64,000 bases of DNA from Paludibacteraceae bacterium. GTDB taxonomy: Bacteria; Bacillota_I; Bacilli_A; RFN20; CAG-826. A model generated the notes under the pieces. The model saw only the letters and a program-made list of their open reading frames with translations, made no database searches and was not told where the DNA came from. Positions within the stretch are counted from its first letter, which is position 1. Each line of letters begins with the position of its first letter. The position numbers and the translations under genes were made by a program. The stretch is taken from positions 18,040 to 82,039 of the forward strand of contig CAVFEQ010000001.1 of NCBI GenBank assembly GCA_963621535.1, given 5' to 3'. This document shows, in pieces, positions 1-11,166 of the stretch.

Positions 1-1095
1 AAAGCTGATACCGATACTTGGACAAAATCTCTTCTTCGCTATGGGCGTAATGGTAGCAATCTCTTCTTGCCGAGGTGAAGGCGTAGAACTTTTCCTTGTT
101 CATGTCCTCACGGTTTTCGTCGAAGCAAACAACGTCCGCGTAAATGTCATAAATCGAGGCGCTTTCGGCGAAATCGATGAGATCTGGGGTATAACCGCCA
201 GCCGGGCGCATATTGCATTCAATCGCGACGAATTCGCCTTTCTTCGCTAAACCAGGTTTATCCGCGTTCAAAACGAAGAATTCGATATGGAAGCAACGCT
301 TGGCGATGCCAAATTCCTTCACCACTTTCTTGCCAACTTCCAAAAAAGAAGAGGCATCGATATCATCCATCGGCAAAGAGAAAGGGTTCGTCCAATAATA
401 ATCGTCAATCATGTCGTTGACGACATCGGCGACCGGGACAGGGAAATGATCGGTGGTGGCGAAAACCACCTCGCCCTTGCTATTGCAAACCCCGTCGAAG
501 CTCACAATCGCCCCGTCCACGAACTCCTCCATGATATAAGGTTCACCTAGGGGACTAGCAAAAAAACGTTCCAGTTCCTCTTCGTTTTTAAGCGAATAGG
601 AAGAGGAAGCGCCGACGCCGATATTTGGCTTAACGAACAAAGGATAGCCGACTTTTGCGGCGAATTCTTTGGCCTTTGGCTCATCTTGGCTGCCACTAAC
701 GACCAGATAACGCATCGTCTTCGCCCCGCCGCGCTCAAAATATTCTTTCATCGCTGACTTGGCTTTGATGTGTTCCATCTCCGCGGGGAAGAAGCCAGAA
801 CGGACGTCGAACTTCTCCCGGAGATAGGCGTCAAGTTCAAGCCACCATTCGTTGTTCGACTCCAAGAAATCGATTTTCCCGTACTTGCTTTGATAATAGG
901 CCACCGCTTTTTCCATCGCCGCCTTATCGCTAAGATCCGCGACGAAATAATATTCAGAAAGAGATGCGACCAAGCGCGGCTCCAAATCACAGAAGGGGCT
1001 ATCGCCTATCCCTAAAACCGTGACCCCTTTTCTGCGCAAAGCCTCCACGAAAAGATAGTAACGCGAGGGGAAATTCGGAGAGATGAAAATGAAAT

Positions 1096-1099
<4 letters not shown>
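1..1099 (-). CDS. ATP-grasp domain protein (carboxylate-amine ligase-like); C-terminus runs off the left edge
   Basis: Absent from the ORF track because no stop lies in the window. Hand translation of the minus strand from ATG 1099 gives an open frame MNFIFISPNFPSRYYLFVEALRRKGVTVLGIGD...GYPLFVKPNIGVGASSSY...YIMEEFVDG...HIEFFVL...IECNMRPAGG, an ATP-grasp layout. Its ATG overlaps the atpC TGA (ATGA at 1096-1099). Confidence 0.7.
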
Positions 1100-2939
<1,840 letters not shown>

Positions 2940-3806
2940 TTATTTGGCGTTGTTTGCCCCAGCCACCACTTCCGTGATCTCCTGGGTGATTGAAGATTGC
3001 CTTGCTTTGTTGTATTCAACGGAGAGCTGCTTGAGAAGCTCGTCGGCGTTGTCATTAGCCGAATCCATCGCGTTGCGCCGGCTTGCTTGCTCGGAGAGCT
3101 GGCTTTCGTTGATGAGGCAATAGAGAATCCCAGATAGGTATTGCCCCATCAAGAGCTCGCATTGCTCTTTGGTGCTCGGCTCAAAAATAGGTGGGCACCA
3201 CTCCTCGTCCTCTTTCTTTTGGTAGGAAAGGGAGAGGGGGAGCAAAACGTATTCCTTGGGCACAAAGGACAAAGAATTCACGTAATGGGTGTAAATCACT
3301 TTGACGCTTTTGTATTTGCCCTCAAGGAAAGCGTTTTGCAGCTTCTTCGCAGCAGCCTCGATTTCGCGCGAAGACAAATTCAAGGATAGGCCGAAATTTT
3401 CCGCTTTTTCCATCTTGTATCCGCCTTCATGGAGCAGATGGGAGAGGCCTTTGGCGCCAAGTGCGATGACCGCATCGTTGTCTTTGTCGATGACTTTATC
3501 CAAAAAGCGGAAAAGATTCGCGTTGTAGGCCGCGCATAGGCCGAGGTCGCTAGTCAAGAAAATAAGCAGATCGCCCTTAGCGTTTTCGCTGGCCTTTAAA
3601 TAGGGGGAAGCCTCTTTTTCGCCAAGAAAGGCAAAGCAGCGGCCCATGGCTTCTTCTAAGGAAGCGAAATAGGGTTCCGAGGCAAAATGAGCGTCTTTGA
3701 AACGCTTGAGCTTGACCGTTGCGACCATGCCCATCGCTTTCGTGATCTTCTGGGTTGAGCGGACGGAGGCGATCCTTCGTTTTGTCTTGTTTAGACCTAA
3801 GGCCAT
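2940..3806 (-). CDS. atpG: F1Fo ATP synthase subunit gamma
   Basis: 288 aa. Lies between alpha and beta. C-terminal ITQEITEVVAGA signature. Confidence 0.95.
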   Translation of the reverse strand: MALGLNKTKRRIASVRSTQKITKAMGMVATVKLKRFKDAHFASEPYFASLEEAMGRCFAFLGEKEASPYLKASENAKGDLLIFLTSDLGLCAAYNANLFRFLDKVIDKDNDAVIALGAKGLSHLLHEGGYKMEKAENFGLSLNLSSREIEAAAKKLQNAFLEGKYKSVKVIYTHYVNSLSFVPKEYVLLPLSLSYQKKEDEEWCPPIFEPSTKEQCELLMGQYLSGILYCLINESQLSEQASRRNAMDSANDNADELLKQLSVEYNKARQSSITQEITEVVAGANNAK

Positions 3807-3807
3807 C

Positions 3808-5313
3808 TTATTTCCTCAAGGAGATGAATTCCTCTATCGCTCCCTTTAAGGAGGCTTGGGTGTCGTCATCGAGTTTCTTGCTATTCTCTATATCCTCTTT
3901 GATCGCGGGGTGGCGGGTTAAGAGGAAATCGTCCAAATCGTTTAAGAAAGAGGAGACTTCAGCGGGGCTTAAGGCGTCAAGATAATTGTTTTTCACCGCG
4001 AAAAGCTCGCAAACCTGCTTCCAAAGAGGGTATGGGTTATATTGCTTTTGCTTCAAGGTCTCCATCAAAACGGCCCCGTGAGAAAGGATTTTCTTAGTCG
4101 AGGCGTCTAGGTCGCTGCCGAATTGGGCGAAGCTTTGCATCTCACGATAGGAAGCAAGCTCGATCTTCAAGGATTTGGCGACTTGCTTCATCGCTTTGAA
4201 CTGCGCCGAGCTGCCGACGCGAGAGACGCTCAAGCCGGAATCGATGGCTGGGCGCTGACCGGCATTAAATAGATCAACCATAAGGAAAATCTGCCCGTCG
4301 GTTATGGAAATGATATTCGTCGGAATGTAGGCGGAGATGTCCCCGGCCTGGGTCTCGACGATTGGAAGCGCGGTGATCGAGCCACCTCCATAAGCCTTAT
4401 CAAGCCGGCAAGCGCGCTCCAGCAAGCGGGAATGGAGATAGAAAATATCCCCTGGATAAGCCTCGCGTCCCGGGCTGCGCTTCAGAAGAAGAGACAAGGT
4501 GCGATAGGCGACGGCGTGTTTGGAAAGGTCATCGAAGACAATCAAAACGTCCTCCCCTTTTTCCATCCATTCCTCAGCGATGGCCATGCCCGCGAAGGGG
4601 GCGATGTATTGAAGGGGCGCGGATTCGGAGGCGCTGGCGTTCACGACGGTGACGTAATCCATGCAGTGAAGCTCGTTCAAACGCTCCACCAAAGAGGCGA
4701 CGGAAGAGTTCTTCTGGCCGATGGCGACGTAGACGCATTTCACGCCTTTGCCTTTTTGGTTGATGATGGTATCCAAAGCAATCGCAGTCTTGCCGGTCTG
4801 GCGGTCACCGATGATGAGCTCGCGCTGGCCGCGGCCAATCGGGATCATCGCATCAATCGCCTTGATGCCCGTCTCAAGCGGGGTGTCGACGGATTTGCGG
4901 GTCATGACACCCGGGGCAATACGCTCAATCGGGCGGGTTTTAGCGCAATTGATCGCCCCTTTTTCATCTAGCGGCTGCCCAAGCGCATTCACCACGCGTC
5001 CAAGCATCTCATCCCCGACGGGGACTTCCACTACCTTATGCGTGCGTTTTACGGTGTCCCCTTCCTCGATGTCGCGGTCGCTTCCTAAAAGCACGGCGCC
5101 AACATCTTCGCTATCGAGGTTCATCACCATGCCGTAGACATCATTGGGGAAAAGAAGAAGCTCGCCAAGCATGGCATCATCTAGCCCGTAGCACATCGCG
5201 ATGCCATCCCCCACGGAGATGACGGTGCCTACGTCGCTAGTCTCTAGTTTTCCTTCATAGCCCTTGATCTGCTCTTTGATCAAGGATGCGATTTCACTGG
5301 TGTCGATTTTCAT
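3808..5313 (-). CDS. atpA: F1Fo ATP synthase subunit alpha
   Basis: 501 aa. Walker [16 protein letters not shown]. Confidence 0.98.
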   Translation of the reverse strand: MKIDTSEIASLIKEQIKGYEGKLETSDVGTVISVGDGIAMCYGLDDAMLGELLLFPNDVYGMVMNLDSEDVGAVLLGSDRDIEEGDTVKRTHKVVEVPVGDEMLGRVVNALGQPLDEKGAINCAKTRPIERIAPGVMTRKSVDTPLETGIKAIDAMIPIGRGQRELIIGDRQTGKTAIALDTIINQKGKGVKCVYVAIGQKNSSVASLVERLNELHCMDYVTVVNASASESAPLQYIAPFAGMAIAEEWMEKGEDVLIVFDDLSKHAVAYRTLSLLLKRSPGREAYPGDIFYLHSRLLERACRLDKAYGGGSITALPIVETQAGDISAYIPTNIISITDGQIFLMVDLFNAGQRPAIDSGLSVSRVGSSAQFKAMKQVAKSLKIELASYREMQSFAQFGSDLDASTKKILSHGAVLMETLKQKQYNPYPLWKQVCELFAVKNNYLDALSPAEVSSFLNDLDDFLLTRHPAIKEDIENSKKLDDDTQASLKGAIEEFISLRK

Positions 5314-5852
5314 GAGGATACCCCTCCTTTAAGCTGTTTCTTCAATTCCGCGAGTTTCCCCCGCAGCGAGCCGTCGTAGACCTTGCCGTCTAAGGCGACT
5401 TTCACCCCTCCAAGCAAAGAGGGGTCGAGGATGTTTTTCAAACGCACCTTTCCGCTCGTTCTTTCGCCCAGGGCCTTTTCGATTTGGCTAAGTTGTTCTT
5501 TTGAAAGAGCGATGGCGCTATAAACGATGCCTTCTTTGACGTTTCTCTCTTCGTTGCAAAGCGAGCGATAAACTTCAAAAACCTCGCAAAAGTGGCTTAT
5601 TCTGTGCTTTTTGCAAAGTAAATTAAGAAAAGGCAAAAGATGCTTCAAGGGAATCTCGCCGTAGACTTCTTGGAGAATCTTTTCCTTTTTCTTCTGCTCG
5701 ATCGCGTAAGAGCAAAGCAAAGAGAAAAACTCCTTCTCGCTCTCGAAATCCTTTTTGATGTTTTCTAGCGCGGAAAGATATTGCTCTCTTTCTTCTGGGT
5801 TAAGAAGAGAATAGAGAGCGGAAGCGTAATTCGCGACGTAGCTTTCCATCAC
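5310..5852 (-). CDS. atpH: F1Fo ATP synthase subunit delta (OSCP)
   Basis: 180 aa. Position between atpF and atpA. ATGA overlap with atpA. Start is GTG 5852 or ATG 5849. Confidence 0.85.
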   Translation of the reverse strand: MMESYVANYASALYSLLNPEEREQYLSALENIKKDFESEKEFFSLLCSYAIEQKKKEKILQEVYGEIPLKHLLPFLNLLCKKHRISHFCEVFEVYRSLCNEERNVKEGIVYSAIALSKEQLSQIEKALGERTSGKVRLKNILDPSLLGGVKVALDGKVYDGSLRGKLAELKKQLKGGVSS

Positions 5853-6517
5853 TTCCGCCCTCCATTAACCTCATCAATGAAATCGGAGACCAGGCGCGCG
5901 TTGTCTTCTTCGTTCACCTCGCGAGCAAGGAGCCTGCTTGACGCCGCCATGGCGACGTCGACGATTTCCTCTTTCGCGTCCTGTCTGGATTTTTCTTTCG
6001 CCAAAGCGATTTCCTCATCCGCCCTTTTCCGGGCAAGCGAGGCTTGGACTTTCGCCTCGTCGACGATGGCTTTGCCTTTCGTCTCGGCTTCTAGCTTCGC
6101 TTCGGCGACGATGCGGGAGGCTTCTTTTTTGCCTTCTTCGATCGTGATTTCTTTTTGCGAAGCCGCGGCTTCCGCCTCAAGGCGCTTAGCCTTAGCGGTG
6201 GCCAAATCGTTTTCGATGGCCTCTCCCCTTGTCTTGATGGCTTTCTTCATCGGCTTATAGCCCACGAAGAAGACGATCACGATAAGGATCACGAAAGCGC
6301 AAAGCTGAATCACGAAATCCCACAGCCCATTGGGGAAGATTTTGTCCACGAACTCCGATGTTTTAAACGGGGAATCGGGTATCGTCCCGTTGTTCTCAAG
6401 GGTGATTCCAAGGAAAATTCCGATGAACAAAGCGACAAGGAAAACAACGGCCATGACAATCGCCACGATATAAGGCGTGCCTAAACGCTTCCTTTCCGCT
6501 TTTTTCTCTTCCTTCAT
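5849..6517 (-). CDS. atpF: F1Fo ATP synthase subunit b, with extended two-helix N-terminus
   Basis: 222 aa. Two hydrophobic segments (YIVAIVMAVVFLVALFIGIFLGI and LWDFVIQLCAFVILIVIVFFVGY), then a long charged coiled-coil-like region (AKAKRLEAEAAASQKE...). Confidence 0.85.
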   Translation of the reverse strand: MKEEKKAERKRLGTPYIVAIVMAVVFLVALFIGIFLGITLENNGTIPDSPFKTSEFVDKIFPNGLWDFVIQLCAFVILIVIVFFVGYKPMKKAIKTRGEAIENDLATAKAKRLEAEAAASQKEITIEEGKKEASRIVAEAKLEAETKGKAIVDEAKVQASLARKRADEEIALAKEKSRQDAKEEIVDVAMAASSRLLAREVNEEDNARLVSDFIDEVNGGRK

Positions 6518-6518
6518 C

Positions 6519-6788
6519 TCAGGCTCCCAAAACGAAGATGATGAGCATGGCGGTGATCAGCGCGTAAATGCCGGTTGATTCGTCAAGAGCGACCGCGAGA
6601 ATCATGATTTTCTGGAAACGGTCAGATTCCGCCGGATTGCGGCTGATCGCATCGATCGCGTGGCAAGCGATCATGCCTTCGCCGATCGCGGAGAACGTGC
6701 CCGTGCAGACGGCAAGCCCTGCGCCGATGGCGATGAGCCCGGCTTGCCCGGCTTCAGCTAGAGCCGGCAACAATTGCAAAAGTCCCAT
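6519..6788 (-). CDS. atpE: F1Fo ATP synthase subunit c
   Basis: 89 aa hairpin. RNP loop and the ion-site stretch LDESTGIYAL. Confidence 0.95.
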   Translation of the reverse strand: MGLLQLLPALAEAGQAGLIAIGAGLAVCTGTFSAIGEGMIACHAIDAISRNPAESDRFQKIMILAVALDESTGIYALITAMLIIFVLGA

Positions 6789-6808
6789 AAACTACCTCCT
6801 ATAGGATC

Positions 6809-7621
6809 TTAAACGGCCTTATCCGCCAGGGATCTGGTGACCTGGCCTTCATTCCCCATCGGCGCGCTTTCGGGGATTTCCGCCCCGATCCACACGCCGT
6901 TAAGAGAAGCGAACACCAGGGTCTGAACATACCCGGAGAATAAGCCAAAATAAAGGTTGAGCACCGCGATGACGATGGGGCTCAAAACGATTTGCCCGGC
7001 ATTGCCGAGGAAAAAGAAGAGGGTCGAAGAGAGGCGGCGTAGCGTCCAGTTGAGCAAGCCGAGCAAAACCGAACCTGAAAGGCAGTTGCCGAACATACGC
7101 AGAGAAGTCGAGATGATCGGCGTCCACATCGTCGCGAGGTTGATGGGGAGCCAGAAGGGAACGGGTTCGATATAGCGATGGAAATAATGCCATCTTTGAT
7201 AGCGGATCGCGGTCGCTTGGATGAGCACGAACATGACGATGGACAGGCAAAGCGGGCAAACAAGGTAATCAATCACCGAAGGGAAGCCCGTGATGGACCA
7301 GATAAACGACATGAACAAATAGACGAAAAGGCAAAGGAAGTAACCCGGCCAATCGCCAGGGTCATTCCCCATCATCGAACGCGTCCAATCCTCGAGCCAG
7401 CTGACGAAGGATTCGGCGATCAAAAGCAAACCCTTAGGCTTTTTAAGCGGGTCCTGCACGCGGACTTCGATGCCCACGATGATCGTGAGGATCAGCACGA
7501 TCCCCATCACGACCAAAGAAGAGATGACCGGCGCTGAAAGGCGGAAGCTGAGATCTTTAAAATTCTCAGCCATTTGCTGCAAAGGGGAAAGGTTGGAAGT
7601 CTCCGCCAAAGCCAAATTCAT
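6809..7621 (-). CDS. atpB: F1Fo ATP synthase subunit a
   Basis: Polytopic protein with the conserved Arg region (LSTSLRMFGNCLSG). I chose ATG 7621 (MNLALAE...) because it forms an ATGA overlap with the atpI stop. The ORF-track start at 7750 would lie inside atpI. Confidence 0.9.
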   Translation of the reverse strand: MNLALAETSNLSPLQQMAENFKDLSFRLSAPVISSLVVMGIVLILTIIVGIEVRVQDPLKKPKGLLLIAESFVSWLEDWTRSMMGNDPGDWPGYFLCLFVYLFMSFIWSITGFPSVIDYLVCPLCLSIVMFVLIQATAIRYQRWHYFHRYIEPVPFWLPINLATMWTPIISTSLRMFGNCLSGSVLLGLLNWTLRRLSSTLFFFLGNAGQIVLSPIVIAVLNLYFGLFSGYVQTLVFASLNGVWIGAEIPESAPMGNEGQVTRSLADKAV

Positions 7622-8058
7622 TCTTCGCCTCTGGACTTGCCCTTTTTGAGATTGAGCAAAGTGTTGATGATCAAAACAGGATAGACAGGCAAAAGCGCGG
7701 CAAAAACCGTCCAAACATAAAGATAGGGGGCTTTCCAGCGGAAAGTGCAAAAGCTAGCCAAAACCAAGGCCCCGCCGATCAAGGCAAGGCGCAAGAAATA
7801 GCAAATGACCACGAAGGCGGTGCTGCCTGGCTTCGAGCGCTGCTTTGAAAGGAGCAACGTGCTCGCGCGGCAAATCGTCCAATAGGAGAAGAGTTCCAAG
7901 CAGGACCCAAGCAAGAAGCCTAGCATCCCTCCTATCCCTACTTCCGGAAGCAAAGCCAACGGTATGCAGACTAGCGTCCCGAAAATGCCGATGAGAATAA
8001 GGATAACAAGGTTTTTCGCCTCGACGCTCAAGGCGTTGTAACGTTCAACAAGTTTCAT
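7618..8058 (-). CDS. atpI: ATP synthase protein I-like small membrane protein
   Basis: About 146 aa, four hydrophobic segments, first gene of the operon. Start ATG 8058 (MKLVERYN) is preferred because the GTG at 8088 abuts the predicted -10 element. Confidence 0.6.
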   Translation of the reverse strand: MKLVERYNALSVEAKNLVILILIGIFGTLVCIPLALLPEVGIGGMLGFLLGSCLELFSYWTICRASTLLLSKQRSKPGSTAFVVICYFLRLALIGGALVLASFCTFRWKAPYLYVWTVFAALLPVYPVLIINTLLNLKKGKSRGEE

Positions 8059-8090
8059 AATTATCCCAAGTAAAAAAGGAAATCCCACAT

Positions 8091-8119
8091 ATCCTAAAAG
8101 CGCTTACAGCGTTCGTCAA
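8091..8119 (-). promoter_or_regulatory. Candidate sigma-70 promoter of the atp operon
   Basis: Minus strand reads TTGACG (8119-8114), 17 nt spacer, TAGGAT (8096-8091). Confidence 0.4.
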
Positions 8120-8314
8120 CCAAACAAAGCGGTAAATCGCTATCAATATGTTTTTCCCGTTTTTCTTCCTTTTCTTTGGTTTTTTAACGCCTTAGGCTTT
8201 TTGCGGTCCTTTCTTGCTATATTTTGCGACAAAACCAAGGGAAAATGCATCTTGCATCTTGCGATGAAAGCCCTTTCAAGATACCATAACGAGCCCGGTT
8301 AGGAGGGATTGACC

Positions 8315-9967
8315 ATGCCTATTAAACTTAAGATAAACAACCAGGAGCTAACCTTTGAAAAAAGCGTCGTTCTCCACGCTGTTTTGAAAGACATCGATCC
8401 GGAGAGGAAATACAAAGCCGCCAAAGTCAACGGCTCCATCCGCGAACTCACTTACATCGTCTCCCAGGACTCCGTCGTGGAGCTGCTTGATCTTACCGAC
8501 ACCTCGGCCTGCAAAATGTATGAAGCAACCCTTCGCTTCGTCGTGGCCATGGCTTTTTCACGGGCTTATCCCGACCTCAAAATCCGCTTCGCCTACAACG
8601 TCTCCCGCTGCATTTCGATTCATCTTTTGAATCAGGGCGTCGTCGCTTCCACCGCTATGCTGCTCAAAGTGCGTCATGAAATCGATGACATCATCGCCGC
8701 CGATCTTCCGATCGTCAGAGACGTCGTCGGCATTGAGGAAGCCAAAACCGTCTACAAAGAAAGAGGATACCTAGACAAACTCGACATCCTCCAATATCGC
8801 CCCGAGCATACCGTCCACCTCTATTCCTGCGCCGAATACGTGAATTACATGTACAGCAAAATGCTGCCATCCACCGGTTACTTGAAAGAATTCAAGCTAA
8901 GGCTCTACACCCCTGGCTTCTTATTGCAGTACCCCCGCGCCGAATGCGGCGGGAGCATCCCGCCCTTTAAAGACGCGCCGACCTTCAACCGCGCGCTCAA
9001 TGAGTCCTACGCGTGGTCGAAAACCGCCGTAGGGAGCAATAAAGTCGCCTCCATTAACGCCCAGATCAAGGAATGGGGCGCCAGGGACTTCATCAATATG
9101 TGCGAGGCTAGGCACAATCGCATGCTCTGCGAGCTAGGCCAAACGATCGAAGACGGCATCGACGACATATCTCTCATCTGCGTGGCCGGCCCTTCCTCCT
9201 CAGGCAAAACCACGTTCGCCAATCGTCTAAGAATTGAGCTGCTCTCACGCGGCATCCGCCCCATCCGCATCTCCTTAGACGATTATTATCTGCGCGATAA
9301 GGACATGCCTTTGAATGAGGATGGCAAACCCGATTACGAAGCCATCGGTGCCCTCGATCTTGAGCTTTTCAACCAAAACATGGTCGACCTCATCAACGGG
9401 GAAGAGGTGACTCTGCCCAAATTCGACTTCAAGGTCGGCTACCGGGTCAGAGGAAGGAAGATCCGTATCGACAGCAATCAGCCGATCATCATCGAAGGCA
9501 TCCATGCGCTCAATGAGAAAATGGCCCCCGACATCCCTAGCTCGAAGAAGTTCAAAATCTTCATCGCCCCACAGGCCCAGCTGAACCTTGACGACCACAC
9601 GCCGCTCTCTTTGACCGATCTGCGCCTTATTCGCCGCATCGTAAGAGACCATCAGTTCCGCAACTCCCCCGCCGAGGAAACCCTTTCCATGTGGCCGGAT
9701 GTGCGCAAAGGGGAGTTCCGCTGGATCTACGATACCCAAGAAGGAAGCGACTACGTTTATAACTCAATGCTCCCCTATGAGCTCCCGGTCATGAGGAAAT
9801 ACGCCCTTCCTCTTTTGCAGGAAATCCCCGCAAATTCCCCCTATCACCTCACCGCCGTGCGCTTAATTCGCATGCTCAAATTCTTCGTCGACATGGATGA
9901 CAAATGGATTCCGAGCAATTCGCTGATGAGGGAATTCATCGGGGGCAGCTGCTACGCCGATGTCTAA
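8315..9967 (+). CDS. TGS/ThrRS-like N-terminal region fused to a uridine kinase/phosphoribulokinase-family P-loop kinase
   Basis: P-loop GPSSSGKTTFANRL followed by ISLDDYY. The N-terminus resembles a TGS domain. AGGAGG lies 8 nt upstream of ATG 8315; the ORF-track start is a TTG at 8309. Confidence 0.8.
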   Translation: MPIKLKINNQELTFEKSVVLHAVLKDIDPERKYKAAKVNGSIRELTYIVSQDSVVELLDLTDTSACKMYEATLRFVVAMAFSRAYPDLKIRFAYNVSRCISIHLLNQGVVASTAMLLKVRHEIDDIIAADLPIVRDVVGIEEAKTVYKERGYLDKLDILQYRPEHTVHLYSCAEYVNYMYSKMLPSTGYLKEFKLRLYTPGFLLQYPRAECGGSIPPFKDAPTFNRALNESYAWSKTAVGSNKVASINAQIKEWGARDFINMCEARHNRMLCELGQTIEDGIDDISLICVAGPSSSGKTTFANRLRIELLSRGIRPIRISLDDYYLRDKDMPLNEDGKPDYEAIGALDLELFNQNMVDLINGEEVTLPKFDFKVGYRVRGRKIRIDSNQPIIIEGIHALNEKMAPDIPSSKKFKIFIAPQAQLNLDDHTPLSLTDLRLIRRIVRDHQFRNSPAEETLSMWPDVRKGEFRWIYDTQEGSDYVYNSMLPYELPVMRKYALPLLQEIPANSPYHLTAVRLIRMLKFFVDMDDKWIPSNSLMREFIGGSCYADV

Positions 9968-9975
9968 AACGAAAT

Positions 9976-10003
9976 AGACCGCCATTAGTTGGCGGTCTTT
10001 TCT
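9976..10003. terminator. Hairpin between convergent genes (possible bidirectional terminator)
   Basis: GACCGCCA (9977-9984) / TGGCGGTC (9990-9997), followed by TTTTCTTT. The stop codon of the minus-strand gene sits in the loop. Confidence 0.6.
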
Positions 10004-11112
10004 TTGTCTTGGCCTAGGTTCACGAAGGCTTTTTTCTCAAGCTGGTAACAAGCTAGCAACTGGTCGAAATAGAGTTTTCTCATTCTCGCATAAGCCTCAC
10101 GTTGCTCAGCGCTTACGCTCGAGGTATAAAGCCCAGAGAAGATCTTCTCAAGGCGGAAGAAAGACTCATAGAGGTTAAGCACGGTGACGAGGTAGAAATA
10201 ATTCTTCTTCGAATAAATAAGCAATGGGGAGCTATGGGCGATTTCGCTCGACATCTCGTAGATCTTCGAATAGTTGGCTAAGCCCGCCACCCTTTCCACG
10301 CCGTCGCGGAAATTGAATTTGAAGCCTTCCACCTTCATGACCTCAGGCACGCCTAAAAGCCAGCCGTATTCGATGTAGCGCTTCATGTCTTTGCTCTTAA
10401 GCCCGACTTCGCGCATGCCTTCCTTGATCTCAAGGAAAATCGCATCGGTCTCTTCCTTTGAGGGGATGCCCCCGCGGAAAGCGACCGCGTAAGTTAGATG
10501 GCGGTTATAACGCTTCATGACCGGCTCACCGTATTTCACGATGATCTGCAAGATGCATTCATTCTCATGGAGGGTGCGCCAGGTGGAGAAAGCCTCGGTC
10601 TCGAAACCGTTTTCAAGCAAACTGGAAACGCATTTGGCCATTTGGAAGCCCTTGTTCATGATGTCGATGACTAGCGTCTCCGAAGGATTGCCCTGCTTAT
10701 AATGGGAAAGCATGCCCAAAATGAAATTGAGGTAGAGATCCAAAGTCGAAGAGGAAGGCGCGTAGCGGTTGGTAAAAGAGCCCATGCGGAAAGCCAGATG
10801 CTCATTGGTGAAGTATTTGTCCATGGCAATCGAGGCGATGGCTGAGATGTAGTCTTCCTTCGCCACGATCTCCTCTTGCTTCTCTTCTTTATGCGTTGCT
10901 AGATAAAAAGCATGCTCATTGGCGATATATAAGGCGAGTTCTGCGGGGTTAATGGACATTTTCGCGATGTCTTGAGAGATGCTCACGAGGCTTTCCACCC
11001 CGTCTTTGCAATAGCGGTAGCAGGCGTAAAGAAAAGAGTAATCAAGCTGAGCGGGGACGCCTAAAGCCTTCAGCATCTCAAAGTAGCGTTTTTTCTTCTC
11101 TTCCACTTCCAT
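9985..11112 (-). CDS. Hypothetical protein, 375 aa, helical, no family recognised
   Basis: Long uninterrupted ORF with host-like composition and no TM segment. Confidence 0.6.
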   Translation of the reverse strand: MEVEEKKKRYFEMLKALGVPAQLDYSFLYACYRYCKDGVESLVSISQDIAKMSINPAELALYIANEHAFYLATHKEEKQEEIVAKEDYISAIASIAMDKYFTNEHLAFRMGSFTNRYAPSSSTLDLYLNFILGMLSHYKQGNPSETLVIDIMNKGFQMAKCVSSLLENGFETEAFSTWRTLHENECILQIIVKYGEPVMKRYNRHLTYAVAFRGGIPSKEETDAIFLEIKEGMREVGLKSKDMKRYIEYGWLLGVPEVMKVEGFKFNFRDGVERVAGLANYSKIYEMSSEIAHSSPLLIYSKKNYFYLVTVLNLYESFFRLEKIFSGLYTSSVSAEQREAYARMRKLYFDQLLACYQLEKKAFVNLGQDKEKTAN

Positions 11113-11136
11113 CTTGCCTATCTTATCATCTGCCCG

Positions 11137-11166
11137 TCAAAAAATAAGAGGCTTTGACCTCTTATT
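11137..11166 (-). terminator. Rho-independent terminator of glpK
   Basis: Minus strand: AATAAGAGG-tcaaag-CCTCTTATT followed by a T run. The stem overlaps the glpK stop codon. Confidence 0.65.

Noticed and set aside
41-1015. Four plus-strand ORFs (41-250, 213-398, 287-550, 770-1015) and two short minus-strand ORFs listed in the track
   Set aside because: They lie antisense to, or out of frame with, a continuous 366-codon minus-strand ATP-grasp reading frame that has clear family motifs. They are shadow ORFs.
6809-7750. The long 313-aa version of atpB, and nested ORFs 6900-7259, 6957-7175 and 6982-7272
   Set aside because: The first 43 codons overlap atpI, and the internal ATG 7621 makes a canonical ATGA junction with the atpI stop. 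The nested ORFs are alternative-frame artefacts inside a conserved gene.
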